Assembly (NCBI GenBank): GCA_963667175.2 | Contig: CAXXXF010000015.1 | Span: 480,001-544,000 of the forward strand | Origin: Candidatus Latescibacterota bacterium | GTDB taxonomy: Bacteria > Latescibacterota > UBA2968 > GCA-2709665 | Length of the DNA stretch: 64,000 bases | Direction of reading: 5' to 3' | Shown: positions 19,530-28,632 of the stretch, piece by piece | Layout of the letters: the number at the start of each line of letters is the position of its first letter | Numbering within the stretch: position 1 is the stretch's first letter | Notes under the pieces: model-generated | The model's database searches: none | The model's input: only the letters and a program-made list of their open reading frames with translations | Told to the model about the DNA's origin: nothing | Position numbers and translations under genes: made by a program

Positions 19530-20186
19530 ATGCTGAGATTCCCCGAGGAACTCATGCTCCTGATACTCGACGACGAGAACGGGAGGTTCGCCCGTGTGCC
19601 GGACCAGTCCCTGCGCTACGCGCTTGCCGGCGGCGTGCTGATGGATCTCGCGATGGAGAACCGTATCGATACCGATCCGAAGCAGCTTGTTCTTTTGGAT
19701 TCGACGCCCGTAAACGACAGCCTTCTCGATCCGACGCTCGCCGACGTTTCGCGGGCAGACGAAACCCATGACGCGCGCTATTGGGTGGAACGCACCGCCA
19801 TTCGCAGCGCCGCGGGCATTCGAGAGACGTCTCTGGACCGGCTGGTCGAGAAGGGCATCCTGGAACGCCGGGACGACCGGTTTCTGTGGGTCTTCCGGTC
19901 GCGGCGGTATCCCGTCGTGGACGATCACGCCGAGCGGGAGGTCAAACTCAGAATCATGGAGATTCTGTTCAGCGACCAGATCCCCGACCCTCGCGACGTC
20001 GTGATCGTCAGCCTTGCGCACGCCTGCAACCTCTTCAGCCAGATATTGTCAACCAGGGAACTGGCCCGTGTCGCCCCCCGCATCAACCAGGTGCGGAAGC
20101 TCGACCTGATCGGCCAGGCGACGTTCCGGGCGATCACGGAAATCGAACTGTCGCTCGCGCTCGCCGTGCAGATGCGCCCGTACTGA
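19530..20186 (+). CDS. GPP34 (GOLPH3/Vps74-like) family protein
   Basis: EELMLLILDD, LAGGVLMDLAMENRID, LVEKGIL...FLWVF..RRYP. Confidence 0.85.
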   Translation: MLRFPEELMLLILDDENGRFARVPDQSLRYALAGGVLMDLAMENRIDTDPKQLVLLDSTPVNDSLLDPTLADVSRADETHDARYWVERTAIRSAAGIRETSLDRLVEKGILERRDDRFLWVFRSRRYPVVDDHAEREVKLRIMEILFSDQIPDPRDVVIVSLAHACNLFSQILSTRELARVAPRINQVRKLDLIGQATFRAITEIELSLALAVQMRPY

Positions 20187-20208
20187 ATCTCCTTCTGCGC
20201 GGTCCGTC

Positions 20209-21969
20209 TTACCCCTCTCCGGCCGTTGACGTGGGACCCGCCACCTGAACGGTCACGATGTCCAGATCGTGATACTTCTGGTGGCGCACCGACGACGCGT
20301 AATGCCGCAACAGCCGGAACGAGATCTCGTGCTCGTCCATGATCTCGGGCTGTTCGGTCAGATACGCCAGCCTGTCTTCCAGATTCTCTCCCGAGGCAGC
20401 CGCCAGAAACTCCAGTTCCGCCGATCCGTCCAGAAGCCGCGCGGTGATAACGAGCAGCCGTTCCCGTTCCTGCCCGCTTTCCTCTGCCTGCTGTATCAGA
20501 ATCGACAGGGTCTCCTCCCCCGCGGCGCACAGCCGCCCGGTTGCCGGGTCCTGCCAGCCGTTTCTGTCTGCAAACCCCCGGAGAAATCCGTCGATCCTTC
20601 GGAGTGAGTCGGTTGACAGACCAACCTCAAGTCGCTTCCGGCGTCGGGCGGTCATTTCCATGAAAGCCGTCAGCAGGATTGCCGCAAGACCGCCTGCGGT
20701 CATCCCGTTGCCGAGCAACGTCCCCCATGACCCGCCAAGCAAGTCGGGAAAGATCACCTGACCCTGAAAACCCGCACCCAACCAGAACGCGATACCCACT
20801 ACGGTGGCTTTCCGGTGATCGAGGCCATCCTCGACGATCAGTTTCATACCCTGGACAAATAACAGTCCGATCAGAAGCGTAACGTAGGCCGCGCCGACGG
20901 GATTGGGAATGGCAATCACGAGAGCCGTCACCTTGGGAGACATCGCCAACAGGACAAACAGGACCCCGATATAGATACCGACTCGGCGAGCCGCGACTCC
21001 GGTCAGTTCGGCAAGCGATATGCTGGTGGAATAGGTCGTATTGGGCGGGGTTCCGATCAGACCCGAGAGCAGGTTGCCCATCCCGTCGGCGTTGAGGGCG
21101 CCTTGCACCAGCCGGAAGTCGGTTGCCCGGGGCCGGCGCCTCGAGACCCGCTGAATCGCAACACCGTCGCCGACGGTCTCGATCGCCCCTACGACCGTAA
21201 CCACCACGAAGGCCGGAAGCAGCGCCCAGAACTCCGCGCCCAGGGAAAGATCCAGCCCCGGCCAGGCGTATTTCGGAAACCCGATCCAGGGCGCATCGAG
21301 AACCGGACGGACGTCGTACAGGCCGAACATGGCGGCGACCACGCATCCCACGCCGATCCCGATCAGCGGCGCCCAAAGCCTCAGGGACGCGGGGGCCCGC
21401 AACGCCAGCACCACGAGGGTAACGAACGCCGCTCCGGCGGCTGCCGGAGGCGCGGCCGCGGGCGTCCCCTCCGGCACGTCCGTCAAGAGGCCGAAGATGA
21501 CCGGCATCACCGTGACAGCGATCAGCATGATCACCGTTCCGGCGACGACCGGCGTAATAACCCTGCGGAGCAGCGAAAGCTTGGCGGCCAGCGCGAACTG
21601 AAATAACGAGGATATTACGATGAGGCTCGCCATCAGGGCCGGACCGCCCTTCACCAGCGCGGTAATGCACACGGCGATGAAAGCGCCGGACGTGCCCATG
21701 ATGAGCACGTGTCCCGCCCCGATGCGTCCAACCCTGACCGCCTGCAGGACCGTGCTCACGCCGCTGACCACGAGCGCCGCGAAGGCGATCCAGTTCAGGT
21801 AACTTTCCGGTTGATTCGCCGCCCGGCCGATAATCACCGCGCTCAGCACCACCGGCGCCAGTACGACCACGGCGGCCTGAAAGCCAGCCGCGGCGGCGAC
21901 AGAGTGTGGCGGCCGTTCGTCCGGCTCATACCGGATGGTTTCGTCTGTGCGGACTTTTTCTTCAGGCAT
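20209..21969 (-). CDS. NCS2 (xanthine/uracil) permease with C-terminal degenerate RsbW/HATPase-like domain
   Basis: LIMGTSGAF, IETVGD, ADGMGN..G..G..PNTTYS signature, then a soluble tail. Confidence 0.85.
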   Translation of the reverse strand: MPEEKVRTDETIRYEPDERPPHSVAAAAGFQAAVVVLAPVVLSAVIIGRAANQPESYLNWIAFAALVVSGVSTVLQAVRVGRIGAGHVLIMGTSGAFIAVCITALVKGGPALMASLIVISSLFQFALAAKLSLLRRVITPVVAGTVIMLIAVTVMPVIFGLLTDVPEGTPAAAPPAAAGAAFVTLVVLALRAPASLRLWAPLIGIGVGCVVAAMFGLYDVRPVLDAPWIGFPKYAWPGLDLSLGAEFWALLPAFVVVTVVGAIETVGDGVAIQRVSRRRPRATDFRLVQGALNADGMGNLLSGLIGTPPNTTYSTSISLAELTGVAARRVGIYIGVLFVLLAMSPKVTALVIAIPNPVGAAYVTLLIGLLFVQGMKLIVEDGLDHRKATVVGIAFWLGAGFQGQVIFPDLLGGSWGTLLGNGMTAGGLAAILLTAFMEMTARRRKRLEVGLSTDSLRRIDGFLRGFADRNGWQDPATGRLCAAGEETLSILIQQAEESGQERERLLVITARLLDGSAELEFLAAASGENLEDRLAYLTEQPEIMDEHEISFRLLRHYASSVRHQKYHDLDIVTVQVAGPTSTAGEG

Positions 21970-22000
21970 TGATCTCTCCCAATGAAGCGTGAGAATCCGG

Positions 22001-22774
22001 CTACAACCGCCAGACCGCCAGCATCTGGGCGATAACTTCATCCTGGTCTGTTCCCAGCTTGTTTCGCCAGAATTGAAACTCCACGCCGATCATCAATTGA
22101 TTGGCTTCTCCCGCTATCGCCTTTCCCGCGTCCCAGACGACCTGCGGCTGCGCCAGTATCGATCCGTTAACGTCCTCCCCGAACTCGTTCGAACGGCCGC
22201 CAATGTACTCGGCATGTCCCACGAACAGGAACGACTGTGTTGCGACGTCGGCGGGAAGCAGCCAGCTGCCGTCGAACATAAAGCTGTTGCCGGTCTTCGG
22301 AGCGCCGCCTCCTTCCACGCCGGTGTTGTCGTCAATATAGGCTGTCAGGTCCGTATTCAGGAAGACGAATCCCGGTACGTTCCAGGACGCCCTCACTCCC
22401 GGCAGGTATTTCAGCACCCTGGCGTCGCCCCCCGCGTTAACGCCGGCAACCAGGGCGAAATCTCGAATGGGCCCCGCGCCAATTCCCTTCTTCGCCAGCT
22501 TGCCGAAACTCAGGGTCGGATACCATTCGGTATAAAAGTCTCTGTCGTTGAATCCGTCGCTGCCGCCGTCGTCGATGTAATCCAGAAAAAAGAAACTGTC
22601 GCCCAGTTTCCACGTCGAGGCGTTCTGCACGGTAAACACGAGCGTACCATGGTGGGACCCCGAGAACGGATTGAGATGCGCGCCGTATTGAAGGTGAAAC
22701 TCCGTCTGCGCGACCGCGGCGGTGGGGGCGGTCAGCAGCACAACAACCCAAATACCGGCGTACATGGTCTTCAT
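22001..22774 (-). CDS. Tsx/DUF5020-like outer-membrane channel
   Basis: Signal peptide; STWKLGDSFFFLD, FYTEWYP, GVEFQFWRNKLG; upstream of NCS2. Confidence 0.75.
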   Translation of the reverse strand: MKTMYAGIWVVVLLTAPTAAVAQTEFHLQYGAHLNPFSGSHHGTLVFTVQNASTWKLGDSFFFLDYIDDGGSDGFNDRDFYTEWYPTLSFGKLAKKGIGAGPIRDFALVAGVNAGGDARVLKYLPGVRASWNVPGFVFLNTDLTAYIDDNTGVEGGGAPKTGNSFMFDGSWLLPADVATQSFLFVGHAEYIGGRSNEFGEDVNGSILAQPQVVWDAGKAIAGEANQLMIGVEFQFWRNKLGTDQDEVIAQMLAVWRL

Positions 22775-22888
22775 TGCCTGTTTCCTAATGAATGTATTTT
22801 GTCTCTGCATTTGGCGAGTTTTGCCGTGAGTTGTAACGGGCCGCGGCAAACACAGCGCTGCCTTCGGTCCCTTGCAGGCGCAGAACAG

Positions 22889-22905
22889 CCACGAGATTCT
22901 CGTGG
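22889..22905. promoter_or_regulatory. Perfect palindrome, candidate operator
   Basis: CCACGAGA-T-TCTCGTGG upstream of the porin/NCS2 genes. Confidence 0.3.
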
Positions 22906-23124
22906 ATATCGGAGAGGAAGTTTACACGGTGGATCGGGAGGCTGAATGAATGGGGGCGGGATTTTCCGCAGGTCTGAATCTCGGTCCGCAGGTCCCGGTC
23001 TGCGCAGCTTCTGTCCAGGTAGGTTGGCAGTTCGGCCCTCTCCGTCCCGAGATCGTCTCCTGCAAGTCCAGGCGCAACAGGCTGCCTGCCGGAATTGACG
23101 TACGCCAATCCGTACGCGGCTCGC

Positions 23125-24429
23125 TCAGGATTTGCCGGGCGCCGGAATCCCATATCGCTGTAACGTGCTCGCCAGCGTGGGACGCCCGATCCGAATCCTG
23201 CCGTCATTCAGCAGATAAGAGAAAAGATATCCGACGCCGAGCATGAGGATCCCGATCAGAAAGCAATACATGACCGCTCTGTCCGGATATACATCCTTGA
23301 GATACCCGACGTACAGGGGACCCGTGATACCGGCGGCGGCCCAGGCCGTCAGGACGGCGCCGTAGATGGTGGACATCTTCTTTGTGCCGAAAACGTCGAG
23401 AACGAAAGGCGGCATGGTCGCGAATCCGCCGCCGAAGCAGAGCAGGACGTAACAGACCAGGGCCGAGAATATCCAGGGATTGGTCTCTGTCATGAGGATG
23501 CCGAAGACGACCATCTGACTTGCGAGGAGAACCCTGAAAACGGTAACACGGCCGAACCGGTCCGATAGCAGACCCCAGAACAGTCGCCCCAACCCATTGC
23601 AGATGGAACTGACGGCAATGAGCGTCGCGCCGTACTCAGCCAGCGTACTCGGCTCGATCGAACTGTCCGCCAGGCCCCAGATCTCCTGGAGGATTTCCGA
23701 CTGGAAGCTGATCACCGAGATTCCGGCGGCGATGTTGAAGAAGAAGACGATCCACATGATTACGAACTGGGTCGTCTTGAGGTACGTGACGGCGGAGTCC
23801 GGCTCCCCGTATTCCAGTGCGTCATCCGCTGCGGCGCCCGCGGGGCCCGCGGGCGCGGGAGGATCGCTGAGGGCCAGGCTGCAGGGAATCAGGATAGCGC
23901 CGAATATGGCCCCAAGCCAGATGAAGACAAGCGGAAGAGTACCCTCGGTTGTTACGATCAAGAATGGCGCCAGTCCCTTGCTCAGCAGGAAGGCGCCGAC
24001 GCCGAAGCCCATTACGACGATCCCTGTGGCCAGCCCTTTGCGGTCGGGGAACCATTTCGCGACCGTGGCGACCGGCGTAACGTATCCCAACCCGATTCCC
24101 GCGCCGCCGATCACCCCGTAACCAAGGTAGAAGAGCGGTATCGAATCTAGGTGAAGCGCGGCCCCGGAAATCAGGTATCCGCCTGAAAACAGGATGCTGC
24201 CGGTCACCGCCAGGAACCTCGGACCCAACCGGGAGAGCATATTGCCCGCCCAGGCCGCCGAGACGCCCAGCGTGAAAATCGCAATACTGAAGGCCCACGC
24301 GGTTTGGGTATGGGTCCAGCCCCCCTGACGGACCAGGATCGTCTGAAAGAAACTCCAGGCGTAGACCGTGCCGAAGCAGACCTGCAGAACCGTGCAGAAC
24401 AGCGCAATGGCGCTTCTTGGAATGCGCAA
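23125..24429 (-). CDS. OFA-family (oxalate/formate antiporter-like) MFS transporter
   Basis: GTVYAWS, GYVTPVATVAKWFPDRKGLATG, NGLGRLFWG..SDRFGR; GGAGG RBS + TTG just outside the MITE. Confidence 0.9.
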   Translation of the reverse strand: MRIPRSAIALFCTVLQVCFGTVYAWSFFQTILVRQGGWTHTQTAWAFSIAIFTLGVSAAWAGNMLSRLGPRFLAVTGSILFSGGYLISGAALHLDSIPLFYLGYGVIGGAGIGLGYVTPVATVAKWFPDRKGLATGIVVMGFGVGAFLLSKGLAPFLIVTTEGTLPLVFIWLGAIFGAILIPCSLALSDPPAPAGPAGAAADDALEYGEPDSAVTYLKTTQFVIMWIVFFFNIAAGISVISFQSEILQEIWGLADSSIEPSTLAEYGATLIAVSSICNGLGRLFWGLLSDRFGRVTVFRVLLASQMVVFGILMTETNPWIFSALVCYVLLCFGGGFATMPPFVLDVFGTKKMSTIYGAVLTAWAAAGITGPLYVGYLKDVYPDRAVMYCFLIGILMLGVGYLFSYLLNDGRIRIGRPTLASTLQRYGIPAPGKS

Positions 24430-24447
24430 TCCCAATCCTCCGTCTAA

Positions 24448-24654
24448 CAGCCCGTTGAAAAAGTCCATCCGGGCTGCCTGCCTGTGCGTTCGCACGCAGA
24501 CAGGCGTCCGGCCCTTATGACCGAACTACGGCGTTGCCTGCCTGCGGCAGGCAGGCGCTCCCTCCCCGAATCCAGGGATTCGCGTCGGTCACGCGCCTTG
24601 CCTTCGGCCATAATGACTCGGCCTCGCCTGCGGAGCGACTATTTCAACGGACTG
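24448..24654. mobile_element. 207-bp MITE with 4-bp CTAA target duplication
   Basis: TIRs CAGCCCGTTGAAAAAGTC / GACTATTTCAACGGACTG; CTAA at 24444-24447 and 24655-24658; two internal GCCTGCCTG hairpins. Confidence 0.88.
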
Positions 24655-25398
24655 CTAACCTCGCTTTGCTGCCGCGTCTCCCGACCCTTCAGTGTCTCGC
24701 GACTTCCCCGATACGTACCGAAACAGGCGCGCGAGGTCGCCGACTTCATCATCGCGGGCAAGCAACCCGTCGTCCTCCGGCTTCTCCCGACTTCGATCCT
24801 CGGCCAGGTCGACCGCGTAGGAAAGAAGCCCTCCCAGCGGCTTTGCGGCCAGGTTGACGAGCCAGATCGACGCCAGGACGCCAACGACAAGAAAGATACT
24901 GATGAGAATGACCTGCTGGCCGATGGCGCGCTGAATTTTGAGCGCGACAATGTCCAGATCCATTCCCACGTGGACCGTGCCGGCCACTCCGGCCAGGATC
25001 GGGCTTCCCACCTCCAGGAAATCGCCCAGACCCGGTATGCTTCGTTCAACAGGTTCGGTGTTGGACGGATCGCTCTCCAGAATCTCCTCGGGGATGCCAG
25101 GCACGAACGTATGTGCCAGATACTCGCCCTTTTCGCTGGTAATATAGATGTAGCGGATGCCCTGAATCTCGACGAACTGATCGATCATCGACTGCAGCGT
25201 CGCAAGATTCCGGTTCAGGAGGATGTCCACGCTGGCGTTGGCGATGGTCTTCGCGATGTCTTTGCTGTTGGACGCGTACTCCGCCGACAATTGCGTGTCT
25301 ACCGTGTAGATGCACAGGAAAGACGTCGACAGTACGATCAATCCGAATAACGCAAAGATACCGAACCGGGTCTTCTGAAACAGCTTTTGAATTTTCAT
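24655..25398 (-). CDS. 2-TM periplasmic-sensor/HAMP protein without output domain
   Basis: TM, periplasmic region (YIYITSEKGEYLAHTF), TM, then KPL...DDEVGDLARLF (HAMP) and stop. Confidence 0.75.
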   Translation of the reverse strand: MKIQKLFQKTRFGIFALFGLIVLSTSFLCIYTVDTQLSAEYASNSKDIAKTIANASVDILLNRNLATLQSMIDQFVEIQGIRYIYITSEKGEYLAHTFVPGIPEEILESDPSNTEPVERSIPGLGDFLEVGSPILAGVAGTVHVGMDLDIVALKIQRAIGQQVILISIFLVVGVLASIWLVNLAAKPLGGLLSYAVDLAEDRSREKPEDDGLLARDDEVGDLARLFRYVSGKSRDTEGSGDAAAKRG

Positions 25399-25399
25399 A

Positions 25400-26767
25400 T
25401 TACGAAAGCCAGCTTTCCCAGTCGTCCAGCGTCACAAAGCGGCCGTCCTGAACGACAGTGTAGTAAACGGTTTGCAGCCCCTGTCGTCGATCGGGTCCGA
25501 AAGAGACTCTCTCCCCGATGCCGAGATCGAAATCCCGAACCGAGAAGACCGCGTCCTCCAGTCCCGCCCTGCCTGGAGTGTCTCCAAGACGCCGGAGAAT
25601 CTCGGTCATCAGCTTTGCGTCGAGGAAACCCTCCAGACTGACAAAGCTCTGTTCGAACGGACTGTAGGGCTCTTTGACGAGTTCCTTTGGAACGGCCGGG
25701 TTGTAGCGCGCCATCAACTCACGGTACTCTCTCACGGCCGGAATGGAAGTATCTTCATAGCTGGGCACGACCTGGGAATTGACGAGATACCGGGTGTACG
25801 TCTCGGCGTCGTCGCGGCCCTCGCTGAGCAGATGCAGCAGATTCTCACTGCCTACGAACGAGAGATTGGCGATCGGGACCTTCAGGCCCAGGTCGATCGC
25901 GTCGCGGGCGAAGGCGGCGCACGCGGCGTACGATCCGATGCAGATGACGGCGTCCGGAGAAGCGCCCTGCAGGATTTCCACCTGGCGCCTCATGCTTCCT
26001 GTGAACCGCTGCCCGCGACGGTAGGTCGCCTCCCCGGCAAGTCGTTCGCCGTGCGTCTTTAGCGCTGCCCTAACGCCCGCCCAACCACTTCGGCCGTAAG
26101 CGTCGGCCTGGTAGAATACGGCGATCCGCTTTCTGCCGGTCCGAACGAAATTGTCCACGAGGCCGGCGGTTTCCTGACGGTACGACGCCCTGAGATTGAA
26201 CGCGAAATCCCCGTACGGCGGCTCCCTTTGAGGCTGGGCGCCGGTAAACGGAAAGAAAAGATAGACCCGCTCGTCCTGGAATTTCTTCAACAGCGGCAGG
26301 GCGCGAGTCACCGTCGGCGTACCCACGTACCCGAACAAAAGGAACACGCGGTCTTCCACCATGAGCTTCATGGTGTTCTTCACGCACGGATCAGGCTGGT
26401 AGCCGTCGTCGTACAGCTTGAAGACAATCTGGCGGCCGCCAACACCGCCATTTTCGTTGACGTGATTGAAATAGGACCTGGCGCCCCGGTAGAGCTCGCT
26501 GCCCAGTCCCCTGGAGGGTCCGGAAAATGCAGCGGACATGCCCAGGACGATCTTGCCGTCATATACGCCTTCAGAGCCTTCGCCACTATCGGGGTTTTCC
26601 GTTGAAACCCCCTCTGATCCTCCTGTTTGGGCTCCGGCGTCGGTCCAACCGCCCCACGATAACGCCAGCAACCCGAAAAGACCCCGACGGAGCAGCGACC
26701 TTCGCGTAAGATCAAGCGCGTGACCGTTCCGTGCGTCGCGTCCGTCGGTCCAATTGGGAAAATCCAT
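25400..26767 (-). CDS. Tat-exported ABC-type substrate-binding protein
   Basis: TRRSLL twin-arginine motif; IVLGMSAAFSGP, YDDGYQP, YVGTPT, FNLRASY. Confidence 0.88.
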   Translation of the reverse strand: MDFPNWTDGRDARNGHALDLTRRSLLRRGLFGLLALSWGGWTDAGAQTGGSEGVSTENPDSGEGSEGVYDGKIVLGMSAAFSGPSRGLGSELYRGARSYFNHVNENGGVGGRQIVFKLYDDGYQPDPCVKNTMKLMVEDRVFLLFGYVGTPTVTRALPLLKKFQDERVYLFFPFTGAQPQREPPYGDFAFNLRASYRQETAGLVDNFVRTGRKRIAVFYQADAYGRSGWAGVRAALKTHGERLAGEATYRRGQRFTGSMRRQVEILQGASPDAVICIGSYAACAAFARDAIDLGLKVPIANLSFVGSENLLHLLSEGRDDAETYTRYLVNSQVVPSYEDTSIPAVREYRELMARYNPAVPKELVKEPYSPFEQSFVSLEGFLDAKLMTEILRRLGDTPGRAGLEDAVFSVRDFDLGIGERVSFGPDRRQGLQTVYYTVVQDGRFVTLDDWESWLS

Positions 26768-26842
26768 TCCGTTCCTCTTCAGCCGAAATACGGCGCTGCC
26801 TGAATCGCTTCCGCGCCAATTCGATCGCAGACCGACCGATCC

Positions 26843-27958
26843 TCAGAAATTGTACGTGAAATGGATATCGAGCCGGTTGGCGATTCCGTCGTTCGGTCCC
26901 TTGTAGGTGGTTTTCCAGTACAGATATTCGACCGCCACCTGTAATGGCTTCCAGGGCCGATATCTGCCGACAGCGTAGAAGGCGCCATTCCTGGTACGCC
27001 CGCCAGAGGGCACGGCATTCTCGTCCGGCTTCTCCATCGTCGCCCCGGCGTAGAGCTTCCACCGGGCATTGGGCATGATCACGACTTGGGCCCACCCGCC
27101 GGTGGAGGCGATCTCCTCGCCTGTCGACGTGTTGACCCCCTGGCCGATGCCGCCGCGAATATCCGTGAGATTGCTCCCTGTCCAGGCCTCGCCCTGCACC
27201 ATAAACTGATCTGTAAGGGAAATCGAAGCGTCAAGACCCACCACGGTCGAGGCGAAGCTTGTCTCGCCGCCCACGGGTTCGGCCGTCTCCTCAACGCCCC
27301 AATGGGCCCACGCGCCCGCCTTGAATCTGGGCTGCTCGAATCCCAGCCTCGCCTGCAGAAATGGCAATGCGGCGTCCCAGCCGTCCAGAATGCCATTCCT
27401 GTCCAGGTCTTTCTTGTCCACCGCCCCGGTCTGGCCCGCCGCCACCGCCAGCGAAAAACCGCCTTCCGGTTTGTACGTGAGCCTCGCCTGCGGATGCCGG
27501 TCTCCCAGGTTGCCCGCGTGCCACATCAGACCGTCGTTGTTGGCGATCGGAAAGATCGGCGAAATCACGTCCCAGCACTGGCCGGCGAGAAAATGCCAGT
27601 CCCCCCGCTGCAGATTGAAATAGGCCTGCCGGAGGCGCAGGATCTGGCGCGATTCGCTGCCCCCGTTCTGAAAATCGATCTCAACCAGGCCGCTAATGCT
27701 GGAGGTCTCGTCCAATTTCACGGGTTTGAATCTGGCGCCGAGGCGGGTGAGACGCGGGTACATGGTCAAATTGCCATCGGTTTCGGCGCCGGGGTCTTCC
27801 GGCTTGACCCAGAAGCCGAATTGGTGGCTTTGCATCTTCGAATCGTCGATTACGGCGTCGAAGCGGACAAAACCGTAAACCGAGAACTCTCCGGCATCAA
27901 TCGAATTCCCCCCGCTCAACAGGCAGGCCAACATGGCTGCGGCGATAGCCTTTTTCAA
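26843..27958 (-). CDS. DcaP-like outer-membrane porin
   Basis: Signal peptide; YGFVRFD, TRLG, EIDF, RLRQAY, LAGQ.W; C-terminal YNF. Confidence 0.8.
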   Translation of the reverse strand: MKKAIAAAMLACLLSGGNSIDAGEFSVYGFVRFDAVIDDSKMQSHQFGFWVKPEDPGAETDGNLTMYPRLTRLGARFKPVKLDETSSISGLVEIDFQNGGSESRQILRLRQAYFNLQRGDWHFLAGQCWDVISPIFPIANNDGLMWHAGNLGDRHPQARLTYKPEGGFSLAVAAGQTGAVDKKDLDRNGILDGWDAALPFLQARLGFEQPRFKAGAWAHWGVEETAEPVGGETSFASTVVGLDASISLTDQFMVQGEAWTGSNLTDIRGGIGQGVNTSTGEEIASTGGWAQVVIMPNARWKLYAGATMEKPDENAVPSGGRTRNGAFYAVGRYRPWKPLQVAVEYLYWKTTYKGPNDGIANRLDIHFTYNF

Positions 27959-28057
27959 AAATCCGCTCCTTTGCAGAGGAGTACCCTGATCCGACGGAAC
28001 GTCTGCGACGAAACCCAGCGAACCGCCGGCATATCCAGCTTCTGGCGCCAGCGGGAT

Positions 28058-28321
28058 CTATTCTTCAGCCGTGTCTTCCGCTCTATCGCCGTTTTGTCCG
28101 CGGATGCGTTCCACGTAGGACCGGCCCCTGCTTACTGCTTTGTCCACGCTGCGTCGAACGGATTGGCGGGTTTCAATACCACTACGGGGCGCCAGCATTA
28201 CGCCGGCGATGATTCCAAGCGCCAATCCGATGATTGCGCCCAGGCCGAATATACTCAGGCATTGACTCACGTTGTTCGTCTCGCGATCCACCGAAGCCTC
28301 CTCGTCAGTTGGTTGTCCCAC
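28058..28321 (-). CDS. YtxH-like protein
   Basis: GAIIGLALGIIAGVMLAPRSGIETR. Confidence 0.8.
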   Translation of the reverse strand: MGQPTDEEASVDRETNNVSQCLSIFGLGAIIGLALGIIAGVMLAPRSGIETRQSVRRSVDKAVSRGRSYVERIRGQNGDRAEDTAEE

Positions 28322-28632
28322 ATTAGAACTCTCGCACGAATCCCTAATTTATAACGCAAATTATCAGAATAGTCAATGCATTTGGTGAAATCTGCGGGGA
28401 AACGGCGTGTATCTATCGCGGAGCAAATCATACGGATTCCGCAATCTCCGCTGAAACAGAAGCGCCGACATTCGGTTGATTTAGCGGGGACCCGCCGCTA
28501 TCAGCGACCGCAAAACCACGCCAGCGGATACACCTGTAGCACCAGGTCCCGAGGTCCCGCTACACTCACATTCGAATCATCACGGGCAGGACCTCGGCTA
28601 TGAAGGGCATTCGGCGGCGCAAGCACCAACCG

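Noticed and set aside
22780-23120. Purine riboswitch upstream of the porin/NCS2 genes
   Set aside because: I could not find the conserved purine-aptamer core on the minus strand.
24430-24495. N-terminal extension of the MFS ORF (MRTHRQAARMDFFNGLL)
   Set aside because: It derives largely from MITE sequence; the same peptide appears at 6458. The likely start is TTG 24429 after GGAGG.
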